A stretch of 64,000 bases of DNA from the human T2T-CHM13v2.0 reference genome, Homo sapiens. Location: assembly GCF_009914755.1 (NCBI RefSeq), contig NC_060925.1; one strand, 5' to 3'. Below are positions 56,940-64,000 of this stretch, in pieces. The position numbers and the translations under genes are program-made. How positions within the stretch are numbered: position 1 is the stretch's first letter; each line of letters opens with the position of its first letter. A model generated the notes under the pieces. It did not search any database, had not been told where the DNA came from, and saw only the letters and a program-made list of their open reading frames with translations.

Positions 56940-58545
56940 TGCTGGGCATGTTGGAGTTAATCTCGACTCTCAGTGAGCTGAGCACAGGTTGAAAAGGTAT
57001 AACTGAGAGTTCAGGGAGACCAAGATTAATGTCCATAGGTCAGGGGATCAGAGAGAGGAGTTGCACAAAAAGAATTCCAGAGATCTGCAGAAGGTGCCTT
57101 CAAGCATTCAGATAAGTAGTGATCAGTGCACGGGTGTGAGGTAACCACTTGAGGCCCCGGAAAAAAAACATCAGAAGGATCAGATTTAACAAAGCATGTC
57201 ACTTATACAGGGTCAGTATAGGTTAATGTTCTCATCATCCAAACTAAAAAATATCAGTATTTATGAGATATTGGTATTGTATATAGAATAGTATTGCCTC
57301 AGTGGTGGAAAATAATTACGCAGAGTATTGAAGAAGTTCCCATTAATAAATCTTAAAAAGAAGACACAGAGGATCAAAAAATTTCCAAATAATTCTAAAT
57401 CTCCAAATAGAGTACAGGAATATTTATATAAATACATATCTGTAGGACAGAACCATGTAAACTTCACAATGTCTGAAAACCAATAAAAAGTAAGAAGCAA
57501 GTATTTAAAGTAGGATAAACAGACATTAAAAGATTTATTTTAACTCAACGGCGTGTGTTCAAAATTAGAACAAAGATGACATTAAATAATGCAAATTAAA
57601 CTTTCAAACTTCTAGAGATGAAAATTACAATGTCTGAGATGAAAATACATTGGATATGATGAAAGACAGATTACACATTGTAAAAAAGCATTCGTGAACC
57701 TGAAGACATAGCAATAGAAGCTCTCCAAAATAAACACAGCGAGAGAAGAAAATTAAAAAGAGAAAACAAAAGCAACAGGATATTATTGATGTAGGTGATA
57801 ACTTAAAGCAAGCTGGTAAATATGCAGTCCTGCAACGAGAAATGCGAGGTTAGAATCTAAACAATGTTGAAGAAATTATCACTTAAACGTGTCTCCAAAT
57901 GCGATGAAATCTATACACAATAAGATTTCAGAATTTTAGCAATCTCCAGCATAAGAAAAACGAAGAGAAAACCACAAGGAACACCATAATCAAATAGTAC
58001 AAAAGCAGTATTAAGGAGAAACATATCTTTTAAAAAGGGCACAGAAAAGAAGATGTTATTTACAGAAGTTCTAAAATATGAATTACATCAAAATTTTTGT
58101 TGAAAATGAGTAGATGGAACAATTTAACCAGATAGACCATATTCTAGGACAAAAACAATTTCAAAGTCTTTATGGCATACAAAATTTTTCCAATTACAAT
58201 GTAAGTGTATTAAAATAAAATTTTCCATAAAATCCACAATTATTTGGAAACTAAAACCCTCTAAATACCACATGACTAAAAGAAAAAAAATGAAAAGGAA
58301 AATTATGCATATTTAATGCCTGCATAATAAACGTAGAAAAGTCTCACATTAATGTCTTCATTTTCAAATCAAGGAAAATAAAACATCCTAAGCCAAAAAT
58401 AAGTAGTTGAAAGAAAATAATACATGAATAATAAATATCAGAGAGGAAATCAATAAAATATAAAGTCAAACTATCTAAAAGCAAGAGCTGTTTGTTTGCT
58501 AAGATCAATAATATTGATAAACCTTTACCCAAACTGAACACACAA
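56940..58545 (+). mobile_element. Old L1M 5'UTR/ORF1 and partial ORF2 remnants
   Basis: ORF1 coiled-coil-like CTTCTAGAGATGAAAA..TGAACCTGAAGACATAGCAATAGAA; ORF2-like GATAGACCATATTCTAGG and AAGATCAATAATATTGATAAACCTTTA. Confidence 0.75.
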
Positions 58546-58726
58546 ACATGCACTCACATACCCCTTTAGACTCTTAATTAAAACTCCAATGAGGCATAAA
58601 GCTAGACACTTTCAGAATGACTAGAATTAAAAAGCCTAACCACAGTAAATATTGATAATCTAATGAAGAAACTGGAACTTTCCTACATAGTTGTGGAAAT
58701 TTAAATGGTACAATTGCCTTGGAAAC

Positions 58727-59115
58727 TGTGGTATATATATACCATGGAATACTATACAGCCATAAAAAGAATGAGATCATATCCTTTGCAAGAACATGGA
58801 TGGAGCTGGAGGCCATCATCCTTAGCAGACTAACACAGGAACAGAAAACCAAATACCACATGTTCTCACTTATAAGAGGGAGCTAAATATTGAGAACACA
58901 TGGACACAAAGAGGGGAACGACACACACTTTTTGGAGTTTGGGCTTTTGGAGGTGGGAGAAGAAAGAGGATCAGAAAAAATAACTAATGGGTACCAGGCT
59001 TAATACCTGGGCCATGAATTAATCTATACAACAAACCCCTTTGACACAAGTTTACCTATGTAAAAAACCTGCACTTGTACCCCTGAAGTTAGAATAAGTT
59101 AAAAAAAAAGAAAAT
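58727..59115 (+). mobile_element. L1PA11-13-like 3' end
   Basis: GGATCAGAAAAAATAACTAATGGGTACCAGGCTTAATACCTGGG..GACACAAGTTTACCTATGTAA. Confidence 0.9.
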
Positions 59116-59383
59116 AACATTAACCACAAAGGAAAAAATTAATAAATTTAACTACATTAAGAAATTAAACATATAAGAAACAAAGAAGGGACGTGGCCTA
59201 AAACAAAATAAAATAAAATTGAAATTAAATGTATACCCATCAAATGCTCCCTACTTGGATCTGTTTATTATTTTGATTGTGATGACAGATTCACAGTTGT
59301 ATACATGCAATAAAACTCATCAAATTATACACTTTCAATATGTGCAGTTTGTTGTATATCAATACATCTTAACCAAACTGTTT

Positions 59384-59705
59384 TTGTTTGTTCATTTGTT
59401 TCGTTTGCTTGGTTTTTGTTTTGAGACAGGGCCACACCCAGTCATCCAAGCTGGAGTGTAGTAGCACAATCAAGGCTCACTGCAGCCTGGACCTTCCAGG
59501 CTCAGGTGATTCTCCCACCTCAGCCTCCTGAGTAGCTGGGACTACAGGCATGCATCACTGCACCTGGCTAATTTTGTATATTTTCAGTACAGATGGGATT
59601 TCATGCTGTTGCCCAGGCTGGTCTTGAAATTCTGACCTAAAGCTGTCTTCCCACCTCGACCTCCCGAAGTGCTGGGATTACAGGTGTGAGTCACCACACC
59701 CAGCC
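59384..59705 (-). mobile_element. AluJ inserted in an old L1M 3' end
   Basis: GCTCACTGCAGCCTGGACC..GGCTCAGGTGATTCTCCCACC; approximate TSD AACCAAACTGTTT/AATCAAGCTGTTT. Confidence 0.92.
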
Positions 59706-59937
59706 AATCAAGCTGTTTAAAATATTTATATGAAAGCAAGCAAAGTATGTAATAGATTTTTCTGTCTCTTCAAGCCTGTTCTTGTTAAGAATTGAAACTA
59801 TCACTTTAATGTTCAAGAAAGCATTTTTGCAGAATTCACCACTGTAGAAGTCTCTATACCTTCATATTTCTTGAAATTAAAATTATAACATCAATTCTAA
59901 AAGGCTATTTAATCATTATGTACAAAACTGCAACCAT

Positions 59938-60426
59938 GTGCAGTGAGACAAATACCTATTAATCTCTGGCATATTTTCTTGTGAGGAGAGGTAGTGATGG
60001 CTATTTTTCTAGATTACCTTTTCAAATATGTTTATATAGCAAACACCTTGGTAGATATTGTCACTCTCCCCAGGGAAAAGTGTAAGTATGCTGATTGTAC
60101 AATATAATGAAGACTAGGACAAAGGTTACGTAGGCCCATTATAAAAGAAAACTCAGTTTACATTAATTCAGAGGCCTTTTCTGTAACACATCCTTCTATC
60201 TATGCTTGTTTATCTGTCCTTCTTCTCATCACACTGAGAATTTAGGCTTCAATATCCAGCAAAAAAACCTGATACTTTTGTTATAACTATTACTGTGCAT
60301 AACAACCTGTCTTTTGTCTCTGATCCAGTTGTCTTGTTTCTTCTACCAGCTTCCCTGAAATCGTGGCAAACTGACAGATTAGTTTACAAGTAGGGAAAGA
60401 TTTTGGACTTTTCATTGTTCTTGATA
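59938..60426 (+). mobile_element. LTR40-like ERVL solo LTR
   Basis: TTTGTCTCTGATCCAG..TCTTCTACCAGC..GTGGCA..TTAGTTTACAAGTAGGG..GTTCTTGATA terminus. Confidence 0.65.
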
Positions 60427-60957
60427 TCACTAAACTTGTATGGAAAGCCAAAAATATGTGGACTAATTTATTGAAAGAAGGCTAGAGTTCTAAAGACTAA
60501 ACCATATTTTAAAAAATTCTATAAGGCATTCAACTTCGAAGAAAGTTTTTGTAATCCAAAGTTTGTGAGCTATCTGATTTCGGAGAAATTATTCAATATC
60601 TCAGAAGTTTGATATCCTCAGAATATTTAAAGTCTGTTGAATGATTAGGATGCTTTCATTTTTTTCCTTGTCCTTACGTTTGTTGCTTATAAGAAATTGT
60701 ACATATAGATAGAAGAAAAATATCTAAAACAGATTTTAAAAATAAAAGAGCTGCTTTATGTTTCTAACTAAAGAGGACATAAAGTGGTACCTATTTATTT
60801 CTCTGCCACCACAAGGAGAATTCCCAGAAATCACTTTATAATCCCATGAAGGGGAAGCTAGACTAGATCATGTTTAATTCTGAAACAGTATGATATCAAT
60901 TTTATCTTCTATTATTGTGTGAATTATTCTAACTTACTGTAAATCTGTAAATGCATT

Positions 60958-61241
60958 TTTTTTTTTATGGAGTTTGCTCTGTTGCCAGGCTGGACTGCAG
61001 TGGTGCAATCTTGGCTCACTGCAACCTCCGACTCCTTGGTTCAAGTGAAACTTCTGCCTCACCTGCCAAGAAGCTGGGATTACAGGCACGCACCACCATG
61101 CCCAGCTAATTTTTGTATTTTTAGCAGAGACAGGGTTTCACCATGTTGGCCAGGATGGTCTTGATTTACCTGACCTCATGATCCACCTTCCTCGGCCTCC
61201 CAAAGTGCTGGGATTACAGGCATGAGCCGCCGTGCCTGGCC
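60958..61241 (-). mobile_element. AluSc (Sc5-like)
   Basis: GTTGCCAGG (1-bp deletion), CTCCGACTCC, GGCCAGGATGG; TSD TGTAAATGCATT at 60946-60957 and 61242-61253. Confidence 0.95.
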
Positions 61242-61401
61242 TGTAAATGCATTCGTTTAGGAAAACTATAGTAGAATGAGTAAAGTTATGTGAAAACAAA
61301 TATTAATTTCTACCTGACAAGTCTCAATGCATTTGAATGGTCATTTTAACAACAACAAAAAAATGGCTTAATATAAATACTGAATATTTAAGAAATATAC
61401 A

Positions 61402-61976
61402 GCAATCCCATTACTGGGTATATACCCAAAGGATTATAAATCATTCTACTATAAAGACACATGCACACATATGTTTATGCAGCACTATTTAAAATAGCGA
61501 AGACTTGGAACCAACCCAAATGCCCATCAATGATAGACTGGATAAAGAAAATGTGGCATATATACACTATAGAATAGTATACAGCCATGAAAAAAGAATG
61601 AGTTCATGTCCTTTTCAGGGACATGGATGAAGCTGGAAACCATTATTCTCAGCAAACTAACACAGGAACAGAAAACCAAACAGTGAATGTTCTCACTCAT
61701 AAGTGGGAGTTGAACAGTCAAAACACATGGACACAAGGAGGGGAACATCACACACCAGGGCCTGTTGGGGGGTGGGGGGCAAGGGGAGAGATAGCATTAG
61801 GACAAATACCTAATGCATGCGGGGCTTAAAACCTAGATGACAGGTTGATTGTTGCAGCAAACCCACCATGGCACATGTATACCTATGTAACAAACCTGCA
61901 CGTTCTGCATATATATCCCAGAACTTAAAGTGTAATAAAAATATAAATAAATAAATAAATAAAAATAAAGAAAAAA
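61402..61976 (+). mobile_element. 5'-truncated L1PA8-like 3' end
   Basis: GGACAAATACCTAATGCATGCGGGGCTTAAAACCTAGATGAC; TSD AAGAAATATACA/AAGAAATGTACA. Confidence 0.95.
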
Positions 61977-62170
61977 AAGAAATGTACAATATATTATAAT
62001 TTTTCATTGGGCAAATAAATTTACAAGATACTAACAAAAGCATTTTATTATCAAATAACATTAATTTGTTTACAAAATAAGAGATTATTTACAAATTATG
62101 TTGAGTCCATTTGATAAATTTTTTTACCTGAGCTCATCACTCGGCTTCAATTATTTCATAGGTTTGCTAG

Positions 62171-62175
62171 ACACA

Positions 62176-62209
<34 letters not shown>
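62171..62209. repeat. (AC)n microsatellite with one interruption
   Basis: Directly visible. Confidence 0.95.
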
Positions 62210-63199
62210 GCTATATCTAAGTGTCTTTATCTATATTCGTATTTTGCTATCTTATCATTAATTCATAAAACATAAATTTGTTAGTCATCTTAAAAAATAA
62301 AGCTCTTCAATATCAAATTTGACCTCCAAATATTTTTTATTTTTTTCCAGTGATCAAGATGCTTGTAATCTTCAAATACAGTATTATACTGTTCTTATTC
62401 ATTAATCTCAAAAATATCTCAACCGAGGACATATTTAAAGGGATTTCTAACCTTTCAGTAATGCACAGCTCAAGTTATTAGTCCAAGCGCATCATAAATA
62501 CACAAGATTAAAATGAAAGTCATCTAAAAAATACTTAGGACATTCATGTGGCTGTCTCATGAATTTATAATGTGTCAGAATATATGCTACCTGAATTATT
62601 AAAATAAACTACTAGCTCTACTCTTCCAATGTAGTAAGAACAGTTATCTGAGCAGAAGAGGATATGCTGTCCTTGTTAGAGATTGCTATGATAGTGCAGA
62701 AACTTAGTAGTATAATATATGTATCCCAGGAAAAGATTCATGATCAAATTTAACCAAGCATTCCAAAAATGGAGCTATCCGTACAAACATGTTATATTTC
62801 TTACAAAATTATTGAAAATATTTCATAAATATATATGTATATTCAGGCAATTAAATTTAATGTAAAATATAATACTTTCATTTTATCTAAGACATATTGC
62901 ATTCTTTAATCACTTTCTCTTGGGCAAGGATGAAGCTGGTCTGAGTTTTCCAAAAACAGAAAGAATTAATATTTGCCTCCTAAACAACGTAGATGTGCAG
63001 CAGATGATTTCCTTCCTTGGGGAAAGTTACCTTTTCCTGCTCCACTCCCATGAGTCATTTTTCTTCCCTCGAGAAATTCTTACTCAGAACCTACCATATA
63101 CCATAAGCTCTTCTAGGTTATACAGATACAGTAGTAGTCAACAAAACAAAGAGTGTTGGAGAAATTTATTTTTGTTTCTGTGAAGGAAAGACAGATAAC

Positions 63200-63836
63200 A
63201 AACGAGGATGCAGGTGAATAAACAAGATGGTGATAAGCATACTGATAACTATTAATTGCCTGAGGAAGGAGAGTAAAAGTGTTAATGCAGATGAGTAGCC
63301 AGAGAAGACCTCAGTGGGGAACAGAGCTATGAATCGTAATATGAAAATACCCAGCAGGTATTACTCCAAAGGGTAGGGCAAAAATTTTGAATTTGACCCA
63401 TCTAAAATGAGAGGTCCTTCAAAGTTTTAAGCATGGGAGAATGATATTTTATTGACTCATGTATTTAAATCACATGTATTGAGGTATTTTATATACAATA
63501 AAATTCATCAATTTTAAATGTTAAATTCAAGAAGTTTTGAGAAGTGTTACTATGACCACAATCATATTCTCTACCATGATTTAAACATTTTAAGGAAACG
63601 TTCTGACTGTCAAATGGAGAATGGATGCAAAGGGCGAAAGTGTAAAACAGACTATTTAGAAAAATATTAAAGTAATTTTGGTGTTAAATATCTGTGAATG
63701 GATAAGTATTCATCAATGGAAGTGGTAGAACTTTTTTTATATTCTCTCAAGATATATTTTGTAGATATAACTGACAGCTTTTACAAATGAATTAGATTTC
63801 AGTGTATGAGGAAAAGGGAGAATTTAACAATGCCTT
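63200..63836 (-). mobile_element. L2 fragment interrupted by a short L1M 3' end (~63470-63570)
   Basis: GTTTTAAGCATGGGAGAATGA..CTGACTGTCAAATGGAGAATGGAT..GTATGAGGAAAAGGGAGAATT. Confidence 0.65.
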
Positions 63837-64000
63837 GAGGCATAAAAAGCACTTTGAATTATTAGTAACCACCGAAGCTCCCTTCTAGAGATTATTCCAA
63901 GAGGATAGAAAGCTGGAAACTATATTTCTTAGACTTCTTGCATATAGTTAATGTTCTGCCAAGAAGCATCACCAGCAAGAGACCCATAGTGCAGAGGGAA

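Noticed and set aside
57615-57648. 21-bp periodic repeat GAGATGAAAAT
   Set aside because: Expected heptad periodicity of the L1 ORF1 coiled coil.

Overview
This window is AT-rich (visually about one third GC) primate genomic DNA. AluY and L1PA4-type elements place it in the catarrhine lineage, most likely human or another hominoid. I find no supportable host protein-coding exon, RNA gene, CpG island or CRISPR-like array. The ORF-track entries I can interpret come from Alu, L1 ORF2, MER52 or low-complexity sequence, and the rest are short with no recognisable product. The window is a fossil record of transposable elements: about 14 Alu/FLAM copies, more than a dozen L1 fragments from L1ME to L1PA4, two MER52 LTRs, MER67, a truncated ERVL provirus with RNase H, integrase and dUTPase remnants, several MaLR/ERVL LTRs, hAT and Tigger MITEs, MIR, L2 and microsatellites. 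Subfamily names come from remembered consensus motifs, not a RepeatMasker run, and boundaries of old elements are approximate. I cannot support a new biological system. The most unusual structure is at 56.07-56.27 kb: a palindrome whose centre carries an 86-bp copy of sequence from 1.55 kb downstream, flanked by a 23-bp direct duplication, which looks like a templated-insertion repair scar. Other scars are a tail-less AluY without TSD, an L1/MER52 deletion fusion, an inverted L1MA inside a nested stack, and a TSD that appears to have decayed reciprocally at a CpG.
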